Part shown: piece by piece, positions 51,599-63,336 of the stretch
Numbering within the stretch: position 1 is the stretch's first letter
Layout: every line of letters begins with the position of its first letter
Source: Macrostomum lignano
Taxonomy: Eukaryota
Length of the DNA stretch: 64,000 bases
Direction: 5' to 3'
Assembly: GCA_002269645.1 (NCBI GenBank)
Contig: NIVC01000996.1
Span: forward strand, 1 to 64,000
Translations under genes and position numbers: made by a program
The notes under the pieces: generated by a model
The model's input: the letters and a program-made list of their open reading frames with translations, nothing else
Database searches by the model: none
What the model was told of the DNA's origin: nothing

Positions 51599-52950
51599 CT
51601 TTGCCTGTCCGGAAAGTCGCGAGAATGTGTCAGTCAAGCAAGAAAGCAGCAAGCTGATGACATGGCACACATAAAATTTCAATAATATACTTAAATATGT
51701 CTATGGTGAAAATTTTTGTTATTCTAGCAGCAAAATTGGGGGCAGGGGCGAGCTCAGCATAAAGTGCTCAATAACCAATGCAACGCGGTGATCAAGCTTG
51801 AAAAATTTAATAGCGAGTTCGTCAAAATGGAAGATTTCCAGGCTTATGCCTACGCTAGATACCGTCTTGGAATCTCTGCTATTAGTTGTTATGACGAACT
51901 ACTTAAAGTTTATGGAGATGCCGCACCAGGTCAGTCAACGGTTTACAGATGGTACTCAAAGTTCCGTGATGAAGCATTTCCCCTGGCCTCAGCTCCTCGG
52001 ACTGGCCGGCCACGGTCAACAAGGACAACGGAACTGATCGAAACCTGCCGAGCTCTCGTTGAAGAGGATTCAAAAGTTAGTGTCCGAGACCTCGCCGACT
52101 TTTTGGAAGTTGGTAAAACAACAGTGCACGAAATTTTGAGCGAGGATTTGCACCTTCGAAACGTTTCTGCCGTCTGGGTTCCTCATGCTCTATCCGAGGA
52201 GAACAAGACTGCTCGCATCAATTGTGCCAAGCAAATCCGCAGGCTTTTTTACAACGAGGGGGTGGAAAACTTTTGCGACAAGTACGTGGTGGAAGATGAG
52301 ACGTGGGTGTACCTGAACAACACTGGCACAAAGCAAAACAACAGGTGCTGGCTTGGCCAAGGAGATCATCGGCCCCAGGTTGTCAGGCACTCGGTCGGGA
52401 ATGCAAAGACAATGCTTCTGGTTGCTTTCACTCCAAGCAAGCGCTTCTCCATCGAATCCACAGCCCCAAAGCAAACTGTTGATGCAAATGGCATAGTTGA
52501 ATTCATTCGGCACACGGGAGACCTATGGCGTACTCTGAGGTCAAAGCCAATTCACCTGTCGGATGTTCTTTGGCAGTGGGACAATGCGCGACCTCACGTA
52601 GCCCGTTCTGTGCAGCAGTACATGGAGTCCCGTGGAGTTCAGCTGGTGTTTCAGAGTCCCTACAGCCCAGACTTCAATCTGTGCGACCGTTTTTTGTTCA
52701 GTTGGATGAAGAATGATTTCTCCAGGCGAGTATTCAGCGACCACAATGAAGTTCGAGAAGCTGCGTTGCAGTGGGCAAGAAGCCTTGACGAAGATTGTTT
52801 AAAAAGAGAGGTTCAGCGACTCGTTGACCATTGCCAAGCTGTAATCAATGCAAGGGGAGATTACATTACCAACTAGTGCTGTTTTCGTGTTTTTTGATAG
52901 TTCTGACTGGTTTTTTAAATACATTCTCGCGACTTTCCGGACAGCCGAAG
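51599..52950 (+). mobile_element. Full-length mariner (Tc1/mariner, DD34D) element, 1352 bp
   Basis: 30-bp TIRs (28/30 match; core CTGTCCGGAAAGTCGCGAGAATGT) at 51599-51628 and 52921-52950; TA TSDs at 51597-51598 and 52951-52952. Confidence 0.95.
51827..52876 (+). CDS. Mariner transposase, 349 aa, intact
   Basis: HTH region VYGDAAPGQSTVYRWYSKF, then WVPHAL, EDETWVY, WDNARPH, PYSPDFNLCD. Confidence 0.95.
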   Translation: MEDFQAYAYARYRLGISAISCYDELLKVYGDAAPGQSTVYRWYSKFRDEAFPLASAPRTGRPRSTRTTELIETCRALVEEDSKVSVRDLADFLEVGKTTVHEILSEDLHLRNVSAVWVPHALSEENKTARINCAKQIRRLFYNEGVENFCDKYVVEDETWVYLNNTGTKQNNRCWLGQGDHRPQVVRHSVGNAKTMLLVAFTPSKRFSIESTAPKQTVDANGIVEFIRHTGDLWRTLRSKPIHLSDVLWQWDNARPHVARSVQQYMESRGVQLVFQSPYSPDFNLCDRFLFSWMKNDFSRRVFSDHNEVREAALQWARSLDEDCLKREVQRLVDHCQAVINARGDYITN

Positions 52951-52967
52951 TACATTCAAAATCTACA

Positions 52968-54774
52968 TTAAGAATTTTCAGTTACGGTGTTTGGAATATC
53001 ATTTTTCTCTTCGAGAGTATAGACATCTGCAGCATCCGCCTCCTTAATCTCTTCCTGTTGCTTAGGGCCCGGTCTGCTACCAACGATGCTGGCCACCAGG
53101 TGGTAAATAAGCTCAATGACCTCGCATACAGTCAGCAGGCTGCACCCTATGTACAGGCCCAGAACTCCTCCAACATCGGCCAGGAAGGCAGTGGTCGAGT
53201 AGGACTTGGCAATCACCAGGCGAGTAGACATCGGACTGTCGGCAGAAATTTTTATTCTCAGCATTGAATTGGCCACCCGACTGCGAAATGTCGCTTCTAA
53301 ATGTGACGAATGATTGTCTGAAATTTAAATTTCAAAGAAGTGGATTAAAAATGATGGGATAGACTATTAGATCTATACATAATCTAAAGATCGAAGCTTC
53401 AGTACCCAAAGCCAACTGCTTAGCCATATTTGCCAATTGGGCCAACGCTGGCTGTTTTCCAGCCGATACATTCCAAAAGCCATGTGAATAGTTGCGATTA
53501 AAAGTTGGCCAATTCGTAGCCGAAATGCTGGCCTTGTATCGAAGCCGCTGACATGGCTGCTGACAGTTAGGAAGCTCGTTCGGATTGCCAAAAAACTCGG
53601 CGGGACTGCGCCCCATCTCCACCAGAATGTCCGGCAGAGTCTCCCATCGCAGGCTGTCGCGCAGGTCCCAGGGAACCTGATAGCTTGGCCAAACGTATCC
53701 TCCGGAGTCTTTTTCTTTCTTGCGTGACAACCGGTCGATCAGACACCCCGCATAGCTGTATTCGTACTCCAACATTCCACCGTTCAATAAATCCACGAAC
53801 TGCAGTTTGGGCTCCTTAATTGTGCAGCTCTTTCTTTGTAGTTCCTCGCTGTAGGTGACCTGCTCCATGCTGAGCGAAATGTCATAGGAATGTCCCGGGG
53901 CCAAGCTTACCGACGGCTCGATCAAAACGGACGGGTAGGTGCCTCTTGGCACGAGGAGAAGAGAGAAACCAGAATCAGACACAGGGTCTCGAAGGCCTTT
54001 CTCGAGATCCCAATGAGATACTGGTGCTCTTCTACTAGTGTTGCGGAGGTTCATAATTTCACGAATAGGGCTGCCAGTATAATTAAAGTGTGAATCATAG
54101 GGATCCGTGAACAACTCCAACTCAAGCGTGTCCAACTTGATTAGCTCAGGCGGTAATCCTGAACGTCCCATGTTCTTAGCAGGGATTTTAAAGCATAAAA
54201 CCTTCATCTCCGAAAACAATGCGGTTTCATTATCGACTCCTGAATTGTTACTTTTCATGATTATTGACTGACTTCTACTAAGTATTATCTTATTTAGCAG
54301 TTCGGTTGGCAAAGAATTCAGTATTATGCGCGACCTAGTCTCCAGACTCAAATATTTTGGTTCACCTTTCTCGTCCTTCAGTCTTTCGTATAGCAGCTCC
54401 AGCCTGAAAATCTCCTCATTTGCCGTTGCCGCCTCTGATTCACTGAGTGCGTACGGAATACTGCCGGAAATCGGGTGCCTCGGACAGGCGAACAAGTCGG
54501 GAAACTCGAATGGCACACTGTCCACTTCACTAGTGGTTACGATACTTGCGTTTATAAGTTTGCCCACCAGTTCCAGCGCGTCCTTGCAGAACAGGGCCGT
54601 GAATGCCAGGAACAACAGCAGCCAGATAACTTTGAGCTGCCGACTGCGCACTGAGACGGCCCGGCTAATGCCGTGAGCGGAGCTCGAGGCAAGGCTCTCA
54701 ACCAAAGCGCGTCGCATTTTTGCCGTTCTTTCGACAGTTGAGTAGAATTTCTTCAACAGTCTGATGGAGCTCAT
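52968..54774 (-). CDS. DEG/ENaC/ASIC-family sodium channel subunit, ~581 aa. Exons complement(53379-54774, 52968-53317)
   Basis: SSAHGI (HG motif), TM1 VIWLLLFLAFTALF, FEFPDLFACP, CQQPC, TM2 FLADVGGVLGLYIGCSLLTVCEVIELI (GxS filter). A 61-nt GT-AG intron joins the frames. Confidence 0.88.
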
Positions 54775-55291
54775 CAAAATTCATGCCAAAAACTACAGCT
54801 TTTAATGTCCCTCACTCACTAAGCTCGACTATGTTTCAAATTTCAACAAAAACCGGAAGCGGTTGAGGGAAACGTCAGTACGTATGCTATCTGTGATGAA
54901 ATTAACCAGATCCGCAAGATATCCACGGCTATTTGCAACGGAATTCGACAATTATACTGAATTTTGAGTTGATATAGCGAGTTGAGGTTAAAAACTGCTA
55001 GAAAAGAACTCGAAAACTTTTCAGCCGCAATAATTAACTTTCCATTCAACCAAACTCTTCTTTTAAAATAAAGTTGGTTTTTTGTTTGAAGTAATTATAA
55101 AGTTTTTCTAAACTGCAAAGTATTTAGCGGGTTAGTGGAATAAAATACTCTTTAAATTACTATTTACGCTCGTAATACATCTTGACGTAACAGCAGCTGG
55201 CGGTTATAGTGAAACAATTGATTTATTTAATTTGTCAGGCTAAGTTCAAATGACAACTACTATAATGGCTATTTGTAGATGGTACAACGCT

Positions 55292-55750
55292 TTAACAAAC
55301 TGTTAACAGACTGCAGCCAAAAGACATCCCAGGTAGTCGCTCGGAACAGCCAGGAATGACGTCATCGTGTATAACTTCACGAGATATCGGAGGTATAGAC
55401 AATGAATAATTTTTACGAAAATTTTGCTGTGGCATCGTTAAAACCAGCTGAATGATGAGTGCCTTGTTATCCAATTGTCCTAGATGCTGCATAGGGGATG
55501 TCACTGGCTCAAGCATTACAGACGTCTCATAAAAGCTGTATTTGTAGTTGACAGGTATAGGATCCACATGACGCAACTAGTAGAGTTATTGCCCGTCACG
55601 GCTAAACTCTCTCTAACGCCTTGTACGGCATTCCAACGGTCAATGGTCACCTCTTCTTTTAGTGTACTATATAAGAACTCTGTTGGGTTGAAAATTACTT
55701 TTCACTTGAGAAGCTCGTTTCACGACTTTCGCTCAGCTTGTTGGCAAGGT
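55292..55750 (-). pseudogene. Decayed fragment of a second DEG/ENaC gene (TM2 region)
   Basis: KLYTMTSFLA in one frame and GCSLLTVC in another match KSYSTTAFLA...GCSLLTVC of the intact neighbour; stops and frameshifts present. The upper boundary is uncertain. Confidence 0.55.
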
Positions 55751-56652
55751 TAAAAGATTTATCGAATTAATTTCGAAACTGTGAAATATTGATGCATTGA
55801 TGTTCAATAACTGCTAAAAGCTCCATTCAGGGCCCAGCCAGGAATTTGCATTGTAGGCGCGTTCGTTTTGAGGGGCGCCGCTTCATTTGAAAGGGCGCTG
55901 ATTCATCAGGGGTTATGTTATAACATTGCATTTGAAGGCTCGCCATTCCATTTTAAGGATTATAGGTGGCGCCATCTGCTCTGTGAGGCCTTGTGCTTGG
56001 ATGTCAACCTCTGGCTAATCCGAGTGGTGGCAACCAGTCTTCGGGTGACTAATGGTTAAGCTGGGAAAATTCCAGTTTCTTTCTTGACGGCGGGACAACC
56101 TTTACTTTAGAAATAAGTCGTGAATTTACAAATGCCATCTCATTGCTGCTTTTACAGACTATTGGACCATAGCCATTTTCCTCATTCTGTCAAATTTTTC
56201 TTGGTGATTCATTAGTTAAAAATCATCGTAACAAAGTTTAAATTTTATGTACCTGAATAAACTCATCATTTAGCTCATATTGGTCAGAGTCCTTCAATGC
56301 CCGAAAAAAATTTCTATACATGTAATGCAACGAATATATCATTGGGCCTTGTGTTTACATCGTAAAATTTAAACACGAGGGCATTGGTATATATTTTATA
56401 TATATTAATAAACTATTTGGGTTAACACGCCTCGAATTTATAATTTGTGCAAGCCAAATCTTTGAGCTAAAGCAACAATTAGCTAGTATTTTATCTGCGA
56501 CACAACCTCTGCTGCAGCTTAAGCATTTGATTACATCTACATGACATTAAGCAAGATCGGATTGGTATTCTGGATTCTTTAGCTAAGAGGTACCGAGAAT
56601 GCATTTTGAAAATTTCAAACATGTTTAGACTGGTCTGGTCTAGACACTTGAT

Positions 56653-57270
56653 TTAGCTTCAGGGCTAAGTCAAGGGGACACAGTGGGAAGGCGCGGACGC
56701 CCATTCCACTAATCCCTGAACGGCCGACGCGTTGCTATGGACGATTTCTTCTCCATTGTCGGCTCTAAGGCCATGATAAAGGTTGGTTAGCTACCCTCGA
56801 AGGGGTGCGGTACCCGGCCGCTCCCGGCCGCTCCACCTGACGGGCAGTAAGCCAAAAGACCCCCCAAGGCTGGCCCAACACCAGGAGGGGGACCGCTAGC
56901 GACGGGACTACTCCCAGGCCTTCCAGCCCATCGGCACCTTAAGTGTTAGAGAGTAAGTTGAGCAGTACCTCAGCCTGCGGACTGGCGAGCCAGACCAGCA
57001 TACTCAAGTTCGGCAAAAGCCACTGGATTGGGTAGGCAGCGTAGGAGCCCAGTCTGTCCGGCAGCCTTAGGGTCTGCCTTGAACACTCGCGGGGACGGGT
57101 AGTACCCCTGTAGTACCCCTGGGTCGACTTGCGAGACAGCGTGGTGTTGGGGGTCTGCGGCTGGCAGAGGCAAATAGAGGGCGCAGACATCATACCAGCC
57201 TTCACCTGCTGAAGATAGGGGCAGGCTTCGCGCATCGCAGACCTTAGCCCATAGGCCTAGTCTGTCTCAT
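56653..57270. mobile_element. GC-rich structured interspersed element (probable retroelement end or SINE-like), unclassified
   Basis: The left 60 bp match the TSD-flanked insert at 12490; GC-rich island in an AT-rich context; no recognisable ORF. The right boundary is approximate. Confidence 0.5.
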
Positions 57271-57960
57271 ACCTCATTGGCATGCTGAAAACACATATGC
57301 GGGCTGGTCCAGACATACTTTCTGGTAGAAAATGATAGAAATTTGAGTGCACTGTTAGACCCAGCTGCATGTGTCTAAGCCGTTCGGTATTTTACCGCCT
57401 TCTCGCAATAAACTGTGGCTTCTGCCAACACCGGAGTGACCCGCATTTTTAGTAGTTACCATGCAATCAGGGAACTATAGTTTCCTTCTCTTGAGTGCCA
57501 CTCCTTCACGACAGCAGCATTATCTGTAGCTTTACTACCCTTTTATGAATTAATTTACGCATAAAAATTATGGAATCTTAGCCAATATTGGTGACACTAT
57601 CAGCGGCATACGCCTCGAGCGAGCGTGATCCAAATTTGATGGCTTATCAGATCTAATTCAATATAAGCTATTTCAGTTCATTTGGAGGGTTTGTCTAGAC
57701 AGGCTTAATGCATAAATTTTATTTATTTAAAATACATATTCATGTTTTGCCACTTGCCAACGGTGACTGCATATACGGTGTAACAACTGCTGATAACTTT
57801 ACCTAACACCCATTGATAAGTCTAGTGACTCACTTCTGATGTAGTTAAAACTATGCCTAAAAGTTGTAAAAGTGCTACCATGACATGTAGTTGATCGCTT
57901 TCAATACTACTAACCTATTTATTTTTCAGGAACAACAAGCAAAACAGTAAATTCGAAAAA

Positions 57961-60443
57961 ATGGACGGCAGACTCGCACTGAACGTGGCTCTGTCTGTTC
58001 TCTTGGTGTCGATCGTATGGGCTGGGCCGGCAAAGACGGCGGTTCAGTCGCCAGCTGGCAACTACCAAGACGCTTTGAGCTGCGTTAAAAATCTCAGTGG
58101 CGACGCTACAGGTTGGACGAGCCAATCCGTAGAACCCTGCATGGACATGTTCCAAGTGACGTGCGGCGACACTGATAGTAAGAGCAGCATGGCAGTGCAA
58201 GCCCAAGAAAACATGGACAACAAGCTATATAAGCTGCTGAACGAATCCATACACGCAAAAAGTGGCAACAAAAAAACGTGGTGAAAAAACTATCAGCTCT
58301 TCCTGCTCGCCTTTACCGGGACTGTATGGACTTTGGCAAGAATTTTAATGAATCCGAAGAGGAATCAATTGGATCGTTTTTTCGACTGGCATTCGACGAG
58401 ATGCTTAGTCAGCTTGAGGCCGAGGCGAATCGACAAGAAGGCCGACTACGACTGGAGTCTCTGCTTGCGCAGCTAATTAGAACCGGAGTGCCAACTACTT
58501 TACGAATCGATTCCGTTGCATCAAAAAGCGAAAAAAATATGCATGTTATAAATGGAGTCTCAAAAAATGAGTCGCGACGTGTGGCTCTTTTGATGGAATT
58601 GCGTTGCTTTGACTACTTCTTTGGTAAGCGGCTTCAAAGTACGACGCAAAATAAGACAGACGTAGTGGATTTTGAAATAATTTTTGATTACATTAATCGA
58701 TACCGAATAGCCCCGTCATTGAGTATGAGTGCCAACGAAACGGCATGGATGATAAAATCAATTTTAAAAGCTCTTGAGAATGATACAAAGCGAACAAGGT
58801 TTTTTGCTGAAAAACTAGGATCAAAGAGTGACAGATGCCTCGAAAGGGTAAGTGTGAATGAACTAAACAATATTACTCAGTGGGCAACCGATGCAGAGGA
58901 TATGAGTTTCTCTTGGACTTTGTTTTTCCAAGAACTAACCGCATCTACTAATATTTCAATGATTGATCTAGAAATGGACCACTATAACTTTGTTAGAATA
59001 GTCAACTATGTAAATTTTTTTCAAAGTCGGTTGCCCCGTGAGATACCATGGAGTATGATGACTTCATCCCGGTACACAAGGTTTCTATTGCTAGATTGGT
59101 TGTTAAATTTTTTTGTCTCAATTAACGGACTGGACAAGTTAACGGACCCGAAGGACTCCCATTCGCTATTAAGAAGCACAAATAAATCCATGGAAAAGAA
59201 CTGTTTGATTGTGACGCAGAATCTGCTTCAACCTGTCGTAACCAGCATGTACAAAGAAACGCACATAACTATGCCAAGTGACATTTCTCATGCAGTTGAA
59301 CTTTTTCAGATATTGAAGAATGTCACAGTGGATAGCTTGTTATCGCTGGGGTGGTTGCCGCCGCGCAGGAAAAATATGTATGAAGACATTTTGAGCAACG
59401 TTCGGCCGGTGACAGAATTTCTCGAGCTGACAGACCCCCAGATGGAGCAGATTTACACTCAGGCTCTGGACAGACTTAAAACTACAGAAGAACCTCATTT
59501 TGGTCGTTCTTTTATAACTTGTCTGCAAGCTCAATGGAGAGTTGAGTTGAGCGCTGCTTACCGCGAAAATCCTGAGACCCAATATTTACTGAAAAATCCC
59601 CTGGCAACTAAACTGATTAATATGAAGCAAACATTTGGAAACATTATTGGCATTCCCATTGGCCTGATCACGTATCCAATTTATGCCGGCCACAGCCCAG
59701 AACTGTTTAATTCGGTTCGACTGACTTTCCTGCTCGCGGAAGCGTTGGCCAATGTTGCTAACTTTGGGCATTGGCCAACCAGTGCTATTGCAGATGCGCG
59801 CAGTACTTCTACAGTAAAAACATTTTTCAACTGCACCGTGAATCAAAACAAACCCTTGGTCAGTGCAGTGGAAAGCGGAGAAGCGTCCATCGAGGAGATC
59901 GAAAGAGCTAATGAGAATTTTATTGCCAAGCAAAGACTTCTGCTGCAATCTGGAGACAACCAAACGTGGAATGGATTTTTTCGGAATGAAACCCAAATTA
60001 AAGGTTTGGAATTGTTGCACTGCGTTACAAACAACTCATTGGTACGTCTTAGTAGTCCGACCAACTCGACTGCCCAATCAAACAATGCAACTGAGTTCGC
60101 CAATAAGGAAGCAAAGCTCAGGTTAAGTCGGATTCTCGTCCAGGACCTTGCTATCATGGAGTTGACTGTAAAAGTTTTTGAAGCCATCAAGTCATCTGAC
60201 AGTAGGATGAACCAGGTCAACGCGTTCTGCAAGCATCAAGTCCGCGACTTCAAGCAGCTCCTGTTTCCATTGGCTGCTCAACTGTTCTGCGGAGGCGAAG
60301 TTGAACCAATGGCTGCTGATGATAGGCTAATTAGTAACCGGGGTCGCCTTGAAAGTATTTTGGCAAATAACAGAGACCTGGCTAGAGCTTATCAGTGTGG
60401 AAAGACGAATAATAAGGCCAACAAGTGCGTTTTTTGGGATTGA
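57961..60443 (+). CDS. Neprilysin/M13-like secreted protein, intronless, ~827 aa if one frameshift at ~58270 is corrected; catalytic motifs lost
   Basis: N-terminal hydrophobic signal, SVEPCMDMFQVTCG (cf. M13 SVDPCxDFYxxACG), LYRDCMD, and C-terminal LANNRDLARAYQC...KCVFW. The HExxH position reads AEALA. Confidence 0.75.
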
Positions 60444-61197
60444 ATTACCTGGTATGCAGAATGGAGGTTGCAATACGGCAAAGCCTGTTGCCATGAGAGA
60501 AAACAACTTGATTCAGACTCAATGACTCGATAATTATTCGGAAAAATTGATAAATTAAACAAATACATGCGTTGCCAACGCAAGGAACTGCACCTTAGCG
60601 GGCTGAAGTTGCTAAAAATCATTCATGCCTTGATCTTTATTTTTATAGCACCTTGTCTTTTTTTGTCAACTCTGTGAGCGTTTACGTTTACGATTAGTAG
60701 ACGATTATCCTATATACTATATACTCGACAAAAGCATGAAAAGTTCATGTTTCCAAAAATGTTTATTTATGCTCGGAAGCTTTGGAGACTCCGCTTTGGG
60801 ATCCAGCGCTTGCTAAATAAGCTTTAGTTCAGTATCTAGCATTACTTTCTCCATCCGCTGCCACATGCTGTAGTAAATCCTTGGTAGTATCAGTTCAGCT
60901 GACCTTGTAGTCGGTGAGTTTGTGTCTGTGGTAAAAACCTATCCAAGTAAGGCTTTTCGAGCACAAAGTTATTCATAGATCGGCCTCCAAATTTTGTAGT
61001 TTCCCGTCCCTAGTTAATTGGCCATATGAATAAAATGAGTAATAACTGGCGAGTTTCACCTCAAACTCTGAGATTGAGCAAGAGCTCGAACTCGAGCAAC
61101 TGCTCTGATCTGGAGCAGTCGCTCAATGTTCATATAAAAAAAGAAATTTCTCAAATGCGGAGCATTTGCTTCTCATTCTGAGTAACTGCTTGGCACC

Positions 61198-61456
61198 TCT
61201 TGGCCATAGACGAAGAGAAAGCGGTCCCCAGCATCTCTCGTGTGTCCTATAAGTATAAGTTCTTTCCGTTTCTTTACTTCTTTGGTCCAAACCGCTTGGC
61301 TGAGAACTCGTTTCTTGGCCGAGGCGTAGCCGAGGCCTGGAATCGAGTTCAAAGCCTAAGCGGTTTGGACCAAAGAATCAATGAAACGGAAAGAATAGAT
61401 TTCTGCCTCATTTGGTCGGTCCGTCAGAGTCGTGTTGTAAGTGTCTATGGTCAAGA
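61198..61456. mobile_element. 259-bp segment bounded by 14-bp inverted repeats just upstream of the recombinase ORF
   Basis: TCTTGGCCATAGAC (61198-61211) / GTCTATGGTCAAGA (61443-61456), 13/14 match; internal GCCGAGGCGTAGCCGAGG. Confidence 0.5.
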
Positions 61457-61556
61457 CTTCTTTTTAGTATAGGTCCTCGCCTAGAGAAGACCCATGCACG
61501 ATCTTTCTTTACTCTTTAGTTTGCAACTTTATTTGAACAACGCAACAATCACAAGC

Positions 61557-62921
61557 ATGGATTTAGATTTTGATCTCGGGATCGACTTTATGCCACTCGA
61601 CTTTGCGACAATCGACGATTTATTGAGTGCTACAGGCGTTCCTACAGATGGAGAATTGGAGTTTGCTACCGAGGAGCAGAGGCTAGAAGAAATAATTAAA
61701 TCTGTTATTCCGGAGGGAACAAAGAAGAAGTGTCAATGGATGGTGGAAGCTTTTCGACGCTGGCACGACAAGAAGAAGGAACAGTGGGCAAAATCCGAAC
61801 CTAATGGTGGTCCTGCTCTGATGATTATTGCCGACCTTGCCGACATGAGCAAATCGGACCTTAACTATCTACTTAAATGGTTCATACTGGAGGTTCGTAC
61901 AAAGAGTGGCTCTCGGTACACTGCTTCTACGTTGAAGGACTTTTTCAGTATGTTGCAGTACTACCTAGTCAACGACTGCAAGAAACCGTTTAGCCTGTGG
62001 AAGGATGTGGAATTCGCTGAGAGTCGACGGGCGTTGGACGCTTCAATGAAGATGAGTACTCGAGAGGGCAGAGGTAGTGGACTGCGTAGAGCTGAGCCTG
62101 TTCCTGCCAGCATAGAAGACAAGCTGTGGCAAAGTGGCATGCTTGGTCGGGATACGCCAAAACAGCTAGTGAGTGCTCTGATCTGGTGCGTCGGTAAGCA
62201 CTTTGCTCTCCGCGGGGGATCCGAACTGCGTAATCTGGTGTACAACCGCCAAATCCAACTGGAGAAGGTAGACAATGAATTTTGCTTGGTTTATAGAGAC
62301 AACGCTGGAACGAAATCCAATCAAGGCGGCCTAAAGGGCCTTCGTCGCGAACCCAAGGTTGTCAGAGCTTTCCACACCGAAGATCATGCCAGGTGCATTG
62401 TCTGTGTGTACACGGACTACTGCGCGCGTCGGCCACGTGAGTGCCATGAAGCTCTTATCTTGTCATGCAATCGTCAGTGGAAGCCAGACAGCCGCGCCGA
62501 GTGGTTTATGCGGACGCCAATGGGACGGCACACCCTGGCTGACACTGTCAAGACTTTAGTGAACGATGTTTCGCCTGGTAATGGTACACGCTACACTAAT
62601 CAAAGTCTACGCAAGATCTGCGCTACCACCCTGAACGAGGCTGGCGTGCAACGAGCTGACATAGCACGTGTGACCGGGCACAGTAGCAACGCTTTAGAGC
62701 GCTACATTGGCATCTCAATGAGTCAAGAGAAAACTTTCAGCGCCATCCTAGCTGGATCTGCAGCTGCTGAAACGAAACCGGAAAGTGCAGCAAAAACCGA
62801 GCCGACCGGGGCTGGAGATGGACGGTGGCGTTGGCAGTGGTCAACCAAGGGTGAAGAGAATGCGCCTGGAGGTGTGTGGCGATACAAACAAAGTGAGCAT
62901 CTATTTCGAATGATTGAATGA
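61557..62921 (+). CDS. Crypton-type (CryptonA/DUF3504-like) tyrosine recombinase, ~454 aa, intronless
   Basis: LNYLLKWFILEVRTKSGSRYTASTL, LWQSGMLGRDTPKQL, HFALRGGSELRNL (catalytic R), TKSNQGGL (K), TNQSLR (HxxR position), VTGHSS (H), LERY (Y). Similarity to the KCTD1/ZMYM/QRICH1-type domain is from memory. Confidence 0.85.
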   Translation: MDLDFDLGIDFMPLDFATIDDLLSATGVPTDGELEFATEEQRLEEIIKSVIPEGTKKKCQWMVEAFRRWHDKKKEQWAKSEPNGGPALMIIADLADMSKSDLNYLLKWFILEVRTKSGSRYTASTLKDFFSMLQYYLVNDCKKPFSLWKDVEFAESRRALDASMKMSTREGRGSGLRRAEPVPASIEDKLWQSGMLGRDTPKQLVSALIWCVGKHFALRGGSELRNLVYNRQIQLEKVDNEFCLVYRDNAGTKSNQGGLKGLRREPKVVRAFHTEDHARCIVCVYTDYCARRPRECHEALILSCNRQWKPDSRAEWFMRTPMGRHTLADTVKTLVNDVSPGNGTRYTNQSLRKICATTLNEAGVQRADIARVTGHSSNALERYIGISMSQEKTFSAILAGSAAAETKPESAAKTEPTGAGDGRWRWQWSTKGEENAPGGVWRYKQSEHLFRMIE

Positions 62922-63336
62922 TTGAAGTGACAAAATACAGCATCGTAAAAAAATTTCTTCCTTTAATATTGCATTGTTAATGTTGTTTTATTACATCACT
63001 TTCTGATAATAAATATACTGTTGTTGAGTTGATTTCTCTGGCCCGGACCGCTGTTTCTTTGGCCGGGCCAAAGAAAGAATTGTTGCATTGAACCATAGAT
63101 ATATATGGAGCGGCCAAATGGGGTAGAAATCGCCTTATACTGTCCCTTAGGCTGTTGGACTGATTTACAGAGACTCGCAGCCATAGACAAAATTAGCGAA
63201 GGAAGGAAGGAAGGAATAAAAAATTTCAGGGATTTTTTCGAATAAATCCCGGAAAGGAAAGTAGTACAAGATAGATATATCGTGGTTTTTATGGTCGGCA
63301 CTTCACTTGGTAGGCTCTCGGGATTTAAACACATAC

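Noticed and set aside
55828-56060. Second CAGGG-type MITE (CAGGGCCCAGCCAGGAATTT)
   Set aside because: No convincing right TIR or 8-bp TSD found.
56721-56860. HDV-like or hammerhead ribozyme call
   Set aside because: GGCCGAC/GTCGGCT would make a good P1 with a G-U pair, but I could not fit P1.1/P3/L3. CTGACG-GGC-agtaa-GCC-AAAA misses two hammerhead core bases. Left as untested structure.
61557-62921. Phage or bacterial integrase contamination
   Set aside because: Motif spacing fits eukaryotic Crypton/DUF3504 proteins, and the flanks are continuous with animal genes.
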